This document shows, piece after piece, positions 1-34,795 of a stretch of DNA of 64,000 nt (position 1 is the stretch's first letter; the number at the start of each line of letters is the position of its first letter). The stretch is taken from NCBI RefSeq assembly GCF_009914755.1, contig NC_060948.1. One strand, given 5' to 3'. The position numbers and the translations under genes are program-made. Origin of the DNA: the human T2T-CHM13v2.0 reference genome, Homo sapiens. A model generated the notes under the pieces. That model made no database searches and had not been told where the DNA came from. It saw nothing but the letters and a program-made list of their open reading frames with translations.

Positions 1-551
1 GGGTCCCATGGTACTCACCGCTTGGTGATAGTCCCTTCTTAGTTGCCAAGATGTGACCAGAGTTTGTTCCTTCCGGTGGATTTGTGGTCTTGCTGACTTC
101 AAGAATGAAGCTGCAGACCCTCACGGTGAGTGTTACAGCTCTTAAAGTTGATGCAGACCCAAAGAATGAGGAGCAGCAAGATTCATTGTGAAGAGCAAAA
201 GAACAAAGCTTCCACAGTGTGAAAGGGAACCCAAGTGGGTTGTTGCTGCTGGCTGGAGTAGCCAGCTTTTATTCTCTTATTTGCCCCTGCCCATATTTTG
301 CTGATTGGCCCCTTTTACAGAGTGCTGATTGGTCCATTTTATAAACCTGTAGCTAGCTACAGAGTGCTGAGTGGTGCGTTTTTACAGAGCACTGATTGGT
401 GCATTTTACAAACCTCTAGCTAGCTACAGAGCACCAATTGGTGCATTTTTACAGAGCACCGATTGGTGCATTTTACAAACCTCTAGCTAGCTACAGAAAA
501 GTTCTCCAAGTCCCCACTTGACCTAGGAAGTCCAGCTGGCTTTACCTCTCA
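1..551 (-). mobile_element. ERV9/LTR12-family LTR (52-551) plus adjacent internal leader (1-51)
   Basis: Tandem LTR12-type units 'gagtgctgattggtgcattttacaaacctctagctagctaca' with repeated ATTGG (CCAAT) boxes at about 300-495. Terminus 'ccagctggctttacctctca'. A PBS-like TCTTGGCAAC lies on the minus strand next to the LTR. Confidence 0.85.
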
Positions 552-699
552 CTTTTTCTCAACACTTTGCTACAACCATATGATGTAGAAAGTTAAGTGT
601 TTGTTATGAGACTTATGTGCTGAATGAAAAATCATTAGGCTTTCTAAGGAAGGCAACAATAAAAGTGGTGAAAAGTGAAAAAGAGGGAACAGTAATTTT

Positions 700-956
700 G
701 TTTGTTCGTTTGTTTGTTTTTGAGACAGAGTCTCACTCTGTCACTCAGGTTGGAGGGTGAAGGCAGGATCTTGGCTCACTGCAATCTCTGCCTCCAGAGT
801 TCAAGTGGTTCTCCTGACTCTGCCTCCTGAGTAGCTGGGATTACAGGCATATGCCACAATGTCAGGCTAATTTTTTGTGTTTTTAGCAGAGGGGGTTTCT
901 CCATGTTGGCCAGACTGATCTTGAACTACTGACCTCATCTGATCCAACCGCCTCAA
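700..956 (-). mobile_element. 5'-truncated Alu
   Basis: Antisense Alu flanked by 13-bp TSD GAACAGTAATTTT (687-699, 957-969). Confidence 0.9.
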
Positions 957-1199
957 GAACAGTAATTTTAAAGGTAAATCCAGCAGTTATTATACAGAAA
1001 TTAAAACAAGCTAATTTTGACATAAGAAAAATAACTCATAAGAATATTTTATCTAAGTTAAAGCATAGAAACCAGCAAGAACATATAATGATAAACAGTA
1101 AAAAGTGAACAGATATAGTAAAAGAGCCACTGAAAGCAAGAAAACTCATTTTTTACACAACCAGAAACTTCTGAAAAACATCCACCTAAAAACATATGA

Positions 1200-2110
<911 letters not shown>

Positions 2111-2266
2111 ATTAAATAATATTAGTAGTAATTAAAATCAGGTATGGCTTTGGAAACAGGTAAAACATCTAATATGAGAAAATATGGAGAAGAAAACTTG
2201 TCTAAAATGCCATTACATTATACATTTAGCAACCGGACAAGCATCATATAGAAATAGGTCAGAGTC

Positions 2267-2576
<310 letters not shown>

Positions 2577-2599
2577 TCAGAGTCACTGGTCTTATTGTC

Positions 2600-3183
2600 T
2601 AAGATATTTGCACTTTTTGCCTAATGACCAAGAGAATTAAAGAGCATGGATACAAAGGGTGAGGTTGGAGCAAAAATTTAATAAGCGAAAGAAGAAAGGT
2701 CTCCACAGTGGAGAGGGGGAGGCTCCCTGGCTTGCCATTTTTACAGTTCAATTATAAAGCTTTTATATGAACCCGCTCTCATCTCTTTAGCAGTTTGAGT
2801 AACTTCTCTTATCAGTAAAACTGTCTGTGCAACTCCCCTTATCTTATGCAGCTGCAGATATGTCTCTAGACAAGCACAAAGTGCTGCTTCTCTTGTATGT
2901 ATAACTGTGGGTTTGTTTTATGTAAGGCCCCCTCCTCCCTGTGAAATTTCCCTTGATGTATAAGCCTGAAAAGGGGACAAAAGTTTTTCCTGGGAGGCTG
3001 CTAATCACAAAAGAACAAAAGACTTCTATGGTGAACCCTGCCTGCTTATCTGTGCAGGTACAGTCTTAAGTTTTCCCCAGGCTTCTCTATTTTGCCTGTA
3101 GCTGTGTTTTTTCAGGCAGGCTGCTTCTCCAAGGACCATTCTTAACTGTTTGCCTAACTGATTTTTCCTTTACTTCTGCCTCA
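2600..3183 (-). mobile_element. ERV1-class LTR, subfamily not assigned
   Basis: LTR-like text 'caaagggtgaggttggagcaaaaatttaataagcgaaagaagaaag', ending '...ctgcctca'. Confidence 0.6.
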
Positions 3184-3529
3184 ATATTAGCACTAGTTTC
3201 CCCACTTTGTGTTGACTTTCAGTAGATCACAGCCAGGGAGATGGGCCATTAAGCAGATCATCTACAAACGGGTTTAGGATAAGACACATGGAGCAGTATG
3301 AAAAAACCAAAACTGATTTACTCAAACACCAACAACTAAATGTGTTTGTAAAAGCTTGAGCAAAAGGGCACAGATGTTTTGGTCACTGCATTTGTTTGAA
3401 ATTTGCTGTGTCAATGATGTATCTTGCAATTTTTATCCAAAGTAGTATAGTATTTCTGTGACATATTTAACTAATGTCAAAATTTTTAATATGTGAGTAA
3501 AATTATGATATTATTTAAGAATCTTATGC

Positions 3530-6500
3530 CTGGCTCAAGATGGCTGAATAGGAACAGCTCCATCTGTAGCTCCTGGTGATGCCAAAAGAGAAGGTGGGTA
3601 ATTTCTGCATTTCAAACTGAAGTACCCAGTTCATCTCACTGGGACTAGTTAGACAGTGGGTACTGCCCACAGAGGACGAGCAGAAAGAGGGTGGGGAGTT
3701 GCCTCACTCGGGAAGTGCAAGGGGCCCAGGTCCTGCCTCCCCTAGCCAAGGGAAGACAAGAGGGACTGTGCTATCTGGCCTAGATACTACACTTTTCCCA
3801 TGGTTTTTGCAGCCCACAGACCAGGAGATTCCCACGTGTGCTTACACCATCAGGGCTCTGGGTTTCAAGCACAAAAGTGGGACATTGTTTGGGCAGACAC
3901 TGAACTAGCTGCAGGAGTTTTTTTTGTTTTGTTTTGTTTGTTTTTTTTCATATCCCAGTGGCACCTGAAACCCCAGGAAGACAGAACTCTTCACTCCCTG
4001 GGAAAGGGGATGAAAGCCAGGGAGCCAAGTGGTCTCTCTCAGCAGGTCTTACTCCCATGGAGCCCAGCAACCTAAGAACATCTGGCTTGAAATTTTTGCT
4101 CCCAGAACAGCAGTCCAAAGTTGACCTGAGATGCCCAAGCTTGGTGCAGGGAGGGGCACCTGCCACTACTGAGGCTTGAGTAGTTGGCTTTCCCCTCACA
4201 GTGTTAAGGAAGCTGCCAGGAAGTTCGGACTGGGCAGAACTGACCACATGGCAACAAAGCGACTATAGCCAGACTGCCTCTCTAGATTGGTCCTCACTGG
4301 GCATGACATCTCTGAAAGAAAGGCAGCAGTCCCAGTCAGGGGCTTATAGACAAAACCCCTGTCTCCTGGGGACAGAACACCTGGGGAAAGGGGTGGCTGT
4401 GGGCACAGCTTCAGCAGACTTAAACATTCCTGCCTGCCAGCTCTGAAGAGAACAGCAGATATCCCAGCACAGCACTCGAGCTCTGCTAAGGGACAGACTG
4501 CCTGCCTGCTCAAGTGAGTCCCTAACCCCCTTGCCTTGACTGGGAGACACCTCCCAGCAGGGGTCAAGAGACACCTCATACAGGAGAGCTCCAGCTGGCA
4601 TCAGGCAGGTGCCCCTCTAGGATGAATCTTCCAGAAGAAGAAGCAGGCAGCAATCTTTGCTGTTGTACAGCCTCTGCTGGTGATACCCAGGCAAACAGAG
4701 TCTGGAGTGAACCTCCAGAAAACTCCAACAGACGTGCGGAAGGGGAGCCTCACTGTTAGAAGGAAAACTAACAGACAGAAAGCAATAACATCAACATCAA
4801 CAAAAAGGACGCCCATACCAAAACCCCAACCAAATGTCATCAGCATCAAAGATCAAAGGTAGATAAATCCACGAAGATAAGGAAAAACCAGCACAAAAAT
4901 GCTGAAAACTCCAAAACTCAGAATGCCTCTTCGCCTCCAAATGATTGCAACTCCTCTGCAGCAAGGGCTCAAAACTGGGTGGAGAATGACTTTGATGAAT
5001 TGACAGAAGTAGGCTTCAGAAGGTGGGTAATAGCAAACTCCTATGAGCTAAAGGAGCACACAAGGAAGCTTAGAACCTTGATAAAAGGTTACAGGAACTG
5101 CTAACTAAAATAACCAGTTTAGAGAAGAACATAAATGACCTGATGGAACTGAAAAACACACCATGAGAGCTTCATGAAGCATATGCAAGTATCAATAGCT
5201 GAAACAAGCAGAAGAAAGGATATCAGAGATTGAAGATCAACTTAATGACATAAAGCGTGAAGACAAGGTTAGAAAAAAAAGTATGAAAAGGAATGAACAA
5301 AGCCCCCAAGAAATATGAGACTATGTGAAAAGACCAAACCTACAATTCTTTAGTGTATCTGAAAGTGATGGGGAGAACAGAACCAAGTTAGAAAACACAC
5401 TTCAGGATATTATCCAGAAGTTTCCCAACCTAGCAAGACAAGCCAACATTCAAATTCAGGAAATACTAAGATACTCCTCAAGAACAGCAACCCCAAGACA
5501 AAACAAAATCATCAGATTCTCCAAGGTTGAAATGAAGGAAAAATGTTAAAGGCAGCCAGAGAGCAAGGTCATGTTACCTATAAAGGGAAGCCCATCAGAC
5601 TAACAGGTGATCCCTTGGCAGAAACCCCTACAAGCCAGAAGAGAGTGGGTGCCAATATTCAACAATCTTAAAGAAAAATATTTTCAACTCAGAATTTCAT
5701 ATCCAGCCAAACTAAACTGCGTAAGCAATGGAGAAATAAAATCCTTTACAGACAAGCAAATGTTGAGGGATTTTGTCACCACCAGGCTTGCCTTACAAGA
5801 GCTCCTGAAGGAAGCACTAAATATGGAAAGGAAAAACCCGTACCAGCCACTGCAAAACATACCAAAATATAAAGACCAATGACACTATGAAGAAACTACA
5901 ACTAATTGTGCAAAATAACCAGCTACCATCATGATGACAGGATCAAATTCACACATAACAATATTACCCTTAAAGTAAATGGGCTAAATGCCCCAGTTAA
6001 AAGACACAGACTGGCAAATTGGATAAAGAGTCAAGACCCATAGGTGTGCTGTATTCAGGAGACTGATCTCATATGCAAGACACACATCAGCTCAAAATAA
6101 AGGGATGCAGGAATATTTACCAAGCAAATGGACAGCAAAAACAAAACAAAACAAAACAAAAAAGCAGGCGTTGCAAACTTAGTCTCTGATAAAACAGACT
6201 TTAAACCAACAACCATCAAAAAAGACAAAGGCATTACATAATGGTAAAGGGACAAATGCAACAAGAAGAGATAACTCTCCTAAATATATATGTATGCAAT
6301 ACAAGAGCACTCAGATTCATAAAGCAAGTTCTCAGAGACCTACAAAGAGACTTAGACACCCACACAATAATAATGGGAGATTTTAACACCACACTGTAAA
6401 TATTAGACAGTTCAACAAGACAGAAAATTAACAAAGATATTCAGGACTTGAACTCAGCTCTGGATCAAGCTGACCTAATAGATACCTATAGAACTCTCCC

Positions 6501-7109
6501 CACCGAATCAACAGTATATACATTCTTCTCAGCACCACATAGCACTTATTCTAAAATCGACCACATAATTTGAAGTAAAACACTCCCTAGCAAGTGCAAA
6601 ACAATGGAAATCATAACAAACTGTCTCTCAGACCACAACGCAATCAAATTAGAACTCAGGATTCAGAAACTCACTCAAAACCACACAACTAAATGGAAAT
6701 TGAACAACCTGCTCCTGCATGACTACTAGGCAAACAATGAAATTAAGGGAGAAATAAATAAGTTCTTTGAAACCAATGAGAACAAAGACACAATAAAATC
6801 TCTGGGACACAGCTAAAGCAGTGTTCAGAGGGAAATTTATAGCACTAAATGCCCACATGTGAAAGTGAGAAAGATAAAATCAACACCCTAACATCACAAT
6901 TAAAAGAACTAGAGATGCAAGAGCAAACAAATTCAAAAGCTAGCAGAAGACAAGAAATAACTAAGATCAGAGCAGAACTGAAGGAGATAGAGACAGAAAA
7001 ACCCCTTCAAAAATCAATGAATCCAGGAGCTGGTTTTTTTAAAAGGTTAACAAAATAGATAGACTGCTAGCCAGACAATAAAGAAGAAAAGAGAGAAGAA
7101 TCAAATAGA
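3530..7109 (+). mobile_element. L1PA with intact 5' end, disrupted ORF1 and ORF2 endonuclease region, 3' part lost
   Basis: 5'UTR start 'caagatggctgaataggaacagctcc'. ORF1 peptides at 5325-5882 (KRPNL..., RISYPAKL). ORF2 start 'atgacaggatcaaattcacac' at about 5934. Ends abruptly at 7109. Confidence 0.93.
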
Positions 7110-7143
7110 TTCTCTTTCTCTCAGGCCTCTCAGGGGGTCAGAG

Positions 7144-7339
7144 GCCTCAGCCTCCCGAGTAGCTGGGACTACAGGTGACCGCCACCACACCTGGCTAATT
7201 TTTTTTTTTTTTTTTTTTTTTTAGGAGAGATGGGGTTTCACCATGTTAGCCAGGATGGTCTCGATCTCCTGACATCGTGATCGCCCACCTCCGCCTCCCA
7301 AAGTGCTGAGATTACAGGCGTGAGCCCCCACGCCCAGCC
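7144..7339 (-). mobile_element. AluY-like element lacking its 3' end
   Basis: Antisense Alu starting at 'gcctcagcctcccgagtagc', with no tail. Confidence 0.88.
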
Positions 7340-7554
7340 ACTTCAGTTTTCTTAAACAACTATTATATTCTAATTACAAATTTATATTTCTGACTTCCTC
7401 TTTTTCTTCTACTACATCAAAACTGTTTGATTAGGTTCACTTAGCATACTTAAGAAATGGTTTTTAAGTATAATAGCTTGAGCTGAATTTTGTGATGAAG
7501 GTAGAAAGAAACATTACAGCAGTTGCAAGATTTCGTACTAATAAGACTCTCCAC

Positions 7555-8250
7555 TGATTACCAGGAAGTGGTAGAATCCTCAGTTTTTGTCTAATTTGGA
7601 AGAAATAAATCAGCCAAGAGATGCATAGCAAGGTTTAAGTAGCACAGTTTATTCAAGGAAAATAAAGGGCATCCCTAGACAGAAGTGGAAAATAGCTCTA
7701 GGCTGCTCCAGCTGGAAAAATCTGGAGTAGTGTTTATTTAAAGACACAGTACACTCTGAAAGACAAGGCCAAGCAGCCTGCTCAAGAGAATGAGCCAGCA
7801 GCAGATAGTGCTGCCAAGACTCCATGACAGTCTTATATGATTATTCATGGAGGAGCAAAAGGGGGTGACACTTGTAAGCATGTTTTAGGTTTCTTTGGGT
7901 GTGCATGCTATGTGGTTGTACATGCTAGTACACACATTGCATGTTTCATTAGCATCTAAAATCTCCACTCAAGGGTGTGCTTTTGATTATTATTATTATT
8001 GAGTAAAAGGCTACTCTAGGGCAAGTTATTGGAGGCATGCACATACTCATCAGTAGGGGAAGTCCCTGGCATGATTATCTCCAGCTGGCCCTCAGTAAGT
8101 CCCCTTCAGGGCCAGAGGAGCTCAATCACAAGGCCAAAAGTATCCCTTGTAGCCACTCTCTTTTTTGCTGTCAGTAAGCAGCATCTCCAGGTCTTATTTC
8201 CCCAGCAGCATCCTTGGCTGTTCATTTCTGGCTATCTGCCTACTCTAACA
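7555..8250 (-). mobile_element. ERV1-class solo LTR
   Basis: TG...CA termini, minus-strand AATAAA (gtttatt at about 7647), LTR-like composition. Confidence 0.6.
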
Positions 8251-8490
8251 CACCTATGTAATCTATTATTTAGTTAAAAATTATATTCATCTTGGGTATG
8301 ACAAAAATAAACCAAAAAAAATTAGGGTGAAGATAGTAAATATGCTCATTATGACTGTGAGAGATTATATTCCTAGAATAAAAGTGTTTATATTCTAAAG
8401 AATCTAAAGAATTTATTTCCAAAAGATCTGTGCCTACTAAGTAATTCAACATTGGAAAAAAGTAATTAATTATTCAGCTGAAAATTATCA

Positions 8491-8782
8491 GCAGGGTATG
8501 GTGGCTCACACCTGTAATCCCAGCATTTTGGGAGGCCAAGGCAGGTGGATCACAAGGTTAGGAGTTCAAGACCAGCCTGGCCAAGATGGTGAAACCCCTG
8601 TCTCTACTAAAAATATGAAAAGTAGCTGGGCATGGTGACACACACCTGTAGTCCCAGCTACTTGGGAGGCTGAGGCAGAGAATTGCTTGAATCCGGGAGA
8701 TGGAGCTTACAGTGAGCCGAGATTGTGCTACTGCACTCCAGCCTGGTGACACAGCGAGACTCCTTCTCAAAAAGAAGAAAAG
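8491..8782 (+). mobile_element. AluS
   Basis: Full Alu dimer with A-rich tail. Confidence 0.9.
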
Positions 8783-9329
8783 AAAATTCTCTAGCACATT
8801 CTAAAATTTGTAAGTATACACAGAAGAAAACAAATTAAAGGGAAGAAGGACAACCTTTAACCTCTTTATTCAGTAATTCTATAGTAATATTTTACAATGT
8901 ATATCATCCCAAATAAAAGGGGCAGAAACATAGTTTAAATTTACTTACTTTTTAAATCCTCTAAAGTTACTTAAGCAAAAGAAAGTAATATGGATAGCAA
9001 GATTGAATGGGCAAAAAAGGGATATAAACATTCCTCACTGAGTGTTGGTGACTATGTACCTTATATAAAAAATATATTGCCAATCAAAAAATTAAAAACA
9101 GATGATGAACGATTCTTTACTCAGTTATATTTTTTAAATACAGTATAAATATTTCAAAGCTGCTGTATGTCAAAAAGAGAAAACTCATACATTCATATCA
9201 AAATGTCAAAATATTTTCTATTTCAATAGAAAAAAAGTTTAAAGAAAGCCAAAAATGAAGTCGAACTACACATATAAGAAAATAAGAATGAAAGAAGTCA
9301 GTAAGAACAGAGTTTAATAAATCACAGGT

Positions 9330-9441
9330 TAAAATTCAGAGAGGTAAAATCTTTTAAATAAAAACTTATAATTCTTGGAGCTCTGATGAGTTTTTCCAGA
9401 GACATGGTAAATGAAAAGTTTTCTGCTGAAAGCTGATCAAT
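9330..9441 (-). pseudogene. MED14P1: MED14P1 exon remnant (IDHLSIEKLL...HQKLQELK homolog)
   Basis: Acceptor CTTTATGCAG, then IDQLSAE/LFIYHVSGKTHQ/LQEL* with frameshifts. The 3' end is approximate. Confidence 0.75.
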
Positions 9442-9624
9442 CTGCATAAAGAATAAAGAATTCTATTTGCAACTTAAACATTATTACATTAAAATTCTGA
9501 GACTAGAGTAAAAATCTGAGTACTACCAAAATTTATTTTCAGAATCATACTGATTAAGCAATATGAGTTAAAAAAAAAAAAGGCAAGCCAATATGAAGTT
9601 AAAAATTTACACACGTTTGTTTGT

Positions 9625-9880
9625 GTGTGTGTTTTAAGAGACTGGCTATCCCTATGTTGCCCAGGCTGTCCTTAAAATCACGGGTTTAGGCAGTCCTTCT
9701 GCCTTTGCCTCCTGAATAGCTAAGACTATAGGTATGTGCCATCATGCCAGCTAATTTTATTATTTTTATTTTCTGTAGAAATGGTGTCTCATTATGTTGT
9801 TCAGGTTAGTCTCAGTGATCTTTGCAGTTTGGCCTTCTAAAGGGCTGGGGTTGTAGGTGTGAGCCATTGCACGTAGCCTC
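9625..9880 (-). mobile_element. Degenerate AluJ
   Basis: Diverged antisense Alu. Confidence 0.8.
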
Positions 9881-9956
9881 TCAAAACTTTTAATAGTAAT
9901 AGTTGCTACGAAGAGATACAGGTTACTTGAGTACTCAAAATATGCAATGTTCTGGG

Positions 9957-10372
<416 letters not shown>

Positions 10373-10407
10373 CTACATAGAACATCGCCAGGCTTCTATC
10401 CACACCT

Positions 10408-10687
10408 GGGCTGTCCAGTATATAGCCACTAGCCAGATGTGACTAATGGAGCACTTGAAATATGACTAGTTGAAACTAACAGGGGTAAAATACACAGAAG
10501 ATTGAAGAAAAAAAGAATGTATAATTTACATATTGAAATAATATATTTAATATATTTACTTAAATAAAATATATCATTAAAATTGATTCTATCTGGGTTT
10601 TTTAAACTTTTCTATATGGCTAGCAGAAAATTTAAAATTACAGACGCAGCTCACATTTGTGGCTCACATAATATATCTAATAGTGCC
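10408..10687. mobile_element. MER33/MER3-like hAT DNA transposon remnant
   Basis: 'gctgtccagta...agccactagcca...gagcacttgaaatatg' and 'tggctagcagaaaatttaaaattaca...ctcacatt'. Confidence 0.65.
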
Positions 10688-10794
10688 AATCTAAGATATA
10701 TGCTGTGGACATGTTAAATATATGAAGACAAAAAATAAGCAAAAAGGGAATATTTACATCAGATCACCAATCCACAAGATCCAGTTTTGCTTAC

Positions 10795-10926
10795 TTTCAA
10801 ACTGAAAGGAAAAGACATTTTTCAACATGATACCACTCTATTTGCATAAGCTCTCCCAACTCTCCTAAACTAACATTAAAGTTTGGGAATGTGGCACTTC
10901 TAACTGAAGTGCTAAGCAGAAAGAAT
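10795..10926 (-). pseudogene. MED14P1: MED14P1 exon remnant (SFCLSLQLEVLHSQTLM...SVWN homolog)
   Basis: Reads SFCLALQLEVPHSQTLMLV*ESW/ELMQIEWYHVEKCLFLSV*, followed by donor GTAAGC. Confidence 0.9.
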
Positions 10927-11434
10927 TCAATGGATCTGGTTAAGCAAATTGAACATAAGATTAATTACAAGACCCAGTCAAGTAAAGGCAAACTTCATTT
11001 AATATAGACTTCATTCAGAAAGGTAATTCTAAGGAAATTCTACAGACTCAAATTTCTCTATTGACTTATATCAACAAATTGAATACATGTAATAACTTGG
11101 GGCATAATTATTTTAAATTGTTTTACTTTTAAGTTTGAGGCAATGTAAACTAAAGCATAAGGTCCCCTTAGTTTACTAGTTTAGAATATATGGATAGACC
11201 AAATATTACTATTTTTCACTAATCACTTTTGGTTTTCATCTTACAAACTCAACTATGTAATTTAAAACTTGGTTTGTTATAAATGAATTCATGTTGTTCA
11301 GATTTGCCAGTTACTCCAGGCTTATAACAACCAAAACAGAAAGCAAAAAGAAAGTCTGGTGGGCTGCCACTATTTAAGATTACAGACAAATAAAAATTTG
11401 GATAAACACAAAGTCTATATAACCACATGCCTCA

Positions 11435-11541
11435 AACTGCAGTTATACATGTCCTGAAGTGGTTTATCATCAGCAAGGAGCATGGATTGAACAGGTGACC
11501 AATAAAGTGGATTTACATCCCGTGAATCAAAGCTCAATCAT
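11435..11541 (-). pseudogene. MED14P1: MED14P1 exon remnant (DGRALVHSMQ...DEKPLQDMYNC homolog)
   Basis: Reads D*ALIHGM*IHFIGHL/QSMLLADDKPLQDMYNC, with CGA>TGA and CAA>TAA type stops. Confidence 0.9.
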
Positions 11542-11840
11542 CTTCCATTGGCATGAGAAGAGGAGGTGGCCAATCAGAGGTGTACAAATGGTAGCATAAT
11601 ACCAGATATCTAAAAGTATACTAGGTAATGATAAATTTGGGAGAAGGAGAAGTACAAATGAAATTAACCACGTGGATCATTATACTAGAAAGAATACTGA
11701 CACTTCACAAAGGTAGGTGTAATTGGAAAATTTGTTTCAAATTACAGAATAAATTCTTATATATTTTTTATTCTGTAAGCATATTTTAATAATTTACAAA
11801 TAACAAAATCCTTAACTTAAAACAGCATATTATGATTAAT

Positions 11841-11950
11841 TTGCTTCCTTATCTTCAATAAGAATTTCTAGTTTGAGAAGATGCCATGGAACATCAGGAT
11901 CATTTTCCATCACTGTCAAAAAGGGCCTCAGATTCTTCACTTCACTATCT
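11841..11950 (-). pseudogene. MED14P1: MED14P1 exon remnant ([25 protein letters not shown] homolog)
   Basis: Reads [25 protein letters not shown]. Confidence 0.92.
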
Positions 11951-12339
11951 GTGTTTAGGAGAACCAGAAGCACTGCACTTATAAAAGAGATTTACTGGTA
12001 CATTTTAGTTTAGACTATAAGAAATAATAAACAGATCAACACTCTTCTTGCACAGACATTTCCAAGATCCTGCATAAAGATCTAGCAGTTTTTGCTTCCA
12101 CAAGAAACCAAAGACAACTTTTCTAACATCAGCAAACTATTTCCTTGAGGTTGAATTCTAGAATATTTTCTCTCCTCTGGCTCTAGGTGAGTTCATCCAT
12201 ATCCGAGATTGTTATAAATATTCTTTGTCCAGAAAAGAGAAATGATACAGCTGACAAATACAGATTCTAATGCCACCAAAACTAGATCAAAATTTCAAAA
12301 AAGTTTCTGACTGTAATCCCAAAAGCTATTGATGTTTTT

Positions 12340-24178
<11,839 letters not shown>

Positions 24179-24560
24179 AATTGACCAGAAGTACATGCAT
24201 TTTCCATATGCCCTCTACCCCACAGCTGTATATCCTCTTAGATTAACATTCTCTACCAGATTGGTACATGTATTATAATTTATGAACCTATAGTGACACA
24301 TAATTATCACCCCAAGTTCATAGTTCACATAAAGAATTAAATTTTGGTGTTGTACAATCTCATGGGTTTGGACAAATCTATAATGACACATACATGCCCA
24401 TACATGCCATTATAATATTATTCAGGGTTGTTGCACTGCCTAAAAATCCCGTGCTTCATGGAACTTAGTAGGACTATTAATAATAAATGGCTGAATTAGG
24501 AAAAAAATATTTAAATATTTCAATATAATCAACTCTTTACAATAAACCTTAGATGCATAC

Positions 24561-24685
24561 AAATGGTAAGATTTGGCAGCTGAGGAGTGCAGTTTATGGT
24601 TACATGATATGGTCTAACAATTTGCTAAACCTGATATAGTTTGTTTTTCAATTTTGGTAATTTAATCACGAGAAACACTTTTATC
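24561..24685 (-). pseudogene. MED14P1: MED14P1 exon remnant (DKIIPPDPITKIEKQ...PQLANLTV homolog)
   Basis: Acceptor TTTCATTATAG, then DKSVSRD*ITKIEKQTI/QIVRPYHVTINCTPQLPNLTI, then donor GTATG. Confidence 0.88.
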
Positions 24686-24727
24686 CTATAATGAAATTTG
24701 AGTGATTTATATTAGTTAAAACAGGCA

Positions 24728-26075
<1,348 letters not shown>

Positions 26076-26099
26076 GGGAACATAGGGCAAAGCACTTAC

Positions 26100-26255
26100 T
26101 CAAATGTAGCTTGGCAGCCATGAATAACAATCATAACAGTCATCAATACCTCAAAGGCATATGGGATGACAAAGCTAGGCAGGCTTAAATGGACCAGAGC
26201 ATATCTAGCTAACATAAAAACAAAATGACTTGTTCATCTAAAAAGTTTGACATCA
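26100..26255 (-). pseudogene. MED14P1: MED14P1 exon remnant (ISSFLDQQAILF...LPSFAIPYAIDVL...LPTCIR homolog)
   Basis: Reads [46 protein letters not shown], followed by donor GTAAGT. Confidence 0.9.
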
Positions 26256-26584
26256 CTTTTAAAACTGATATATGTATAGTTATACATATATATGTACAGA
26301 TATTCACACAATGGAATATATTCAGCCTTAAAAAATAAGGAAAGCCTATCATGCACAAAACCATGTATACATATATACACATACATGTATAGCTATCCCT
26401 CAGACTATCTACACTTATATTCAAGGAAATGGTTTGTTTTCTATTTAGTGATTAGCTCTACATATCAGGCTTTCTCATTAAGTATTGTTTTCCATCAACT
26501 CTGTTATAGAGAAATTATGAAATTATGTTTTGAATTGATTTCTGCTTTTATTTTTATTATTTTCTTTTTTCTTCATCCTAAATA

Positions 26585-27035
26585 TGCGTATTAGACCATT
26601 CTTGAATTGCTATAAAGAAATATCTGAGACTGGTATTTAAAAAGAAAGTAGGTTTATTTGGCTAACAGTTCTGCAGGCTGTACAGGAGACATAACCCAGG
26701 CATCTGCTTCAGGGGAGGCCTCAGGAACTTAACAGCCTGAGGTGGTGGAAGGTGACAGAGTGGAGGGTTTCATACAGCAAAAGCAGGAGCAAGACAGTGG
26801 GTGGGGAGATACTACATATTTTTAAACAACAAGATCTTGGAAGAATTCATGATCATGGGTACAGCACCAAGAAGATAGTGCTAGAAATACAAATTCATGA
26901 GAAAAGCATTTCTCAAGAATACCATTCATGAGAAATTCAGCCATGATCCAGTCATCTCCCACCAGGCTCCAACTCCAGCACTGGACATGACAATTAGATA
27001 AGAGATTTGGACGGGGAGAAATATTCAATCTATTT
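26585..27035. mobile_element. MST-family (ERVL-MaLR) solo LTR
   Basis: 'gtattagaccattcttgaattgctataaagaaatatctgagactgg...atgacaattagataagagatttgg'. Confidence 0.8.
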
Positions 27036-27168
27036 TAAAAACTACTTCAAAAACTATTGAATAGAGCCAGAAAATTTAAATTTCAAGAAAACATGTTTTT
27101 TTGAAGTTTGATGTTTTCAACTGATAAGTAAAACTTGTATGTATTTATGTTGTAAAACATAATGTTTC

Positions 27169-27414
27169 TTGGGAGGCCAAGGCGGGTGGATCATAGGGTC
27201 AGGAAATCGAGATCATCCTGGCTAACACGGTGAAACCCCGTCGCTACAAAAAATACAAAAAAAAATTAGCCGGGCGTAGTGGCGGGCGCCTGTAGTCCCA
27301 GCTACTCAGCAGGCTGACTCAGGAGAATGGCGTGAACCCGGGAGGCGGAGCTTTTAGTGAGCCAGATCGCACCACTGCGCTCCAGCCTGGGCGACAGAGC
27401 GAGAGTCCGTCTCA

Positions 27415-27462
<48 letters not shown>
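27169..27462 (+). mobile_element. 5'-truncated AluY whose tail is DYS388
   Basis: CpG-rich AluY with TSD ATAATGTTTC. Confidence 0.9.
27415..27462 (+). repeat. Y-STR DYS388, (AAT)16
   Basis: 16 perfect AAT units. The flank TCGCTAAACGGCTAACTCAC (27482-27501) is the reverse complement of the DYS388 primer as I recall it, GTGAGTTAGCCGTTTAGCGA. Confidence 0.88.
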
Positions 27463-27463
<1 letters not shown>

Positions 27464-27469
27464 TTTCAT

Positions 27470-32950
<5,481 letters not shown>

Positions 32951-33156
32951 TTCTTCATGATATTTTTAGGTCACTTAATGAAATACATTTTTCTTTCTAT
33001 TTAAATTCTGGCATATAAACTTTCTTTATTAGAATATTTATATGTTTCATATTTCTACTATGTACTCATTGTTTTACTTATTCTGAGAAAACTAAATTCA
33101 TGGTACTCAGAAGACTAGAGATGATTCAGCAAGGAACAGCAGCTATAGATTAGACT

Positions 33157-34795
<1,639 letters not shown>

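Noticed and set aside
300-495. Regularly repeated units resembling a CRISPR-like array
   Set aside because: This is the standard LTR12 tandem enhancer repeat and has no unique spacers.
7440-9060. Weak further MED14-like peptides (about 7460-7545 and 9000-9060)
   Set aside because: Similarity is too low to call by eye; tblastn would be needed.
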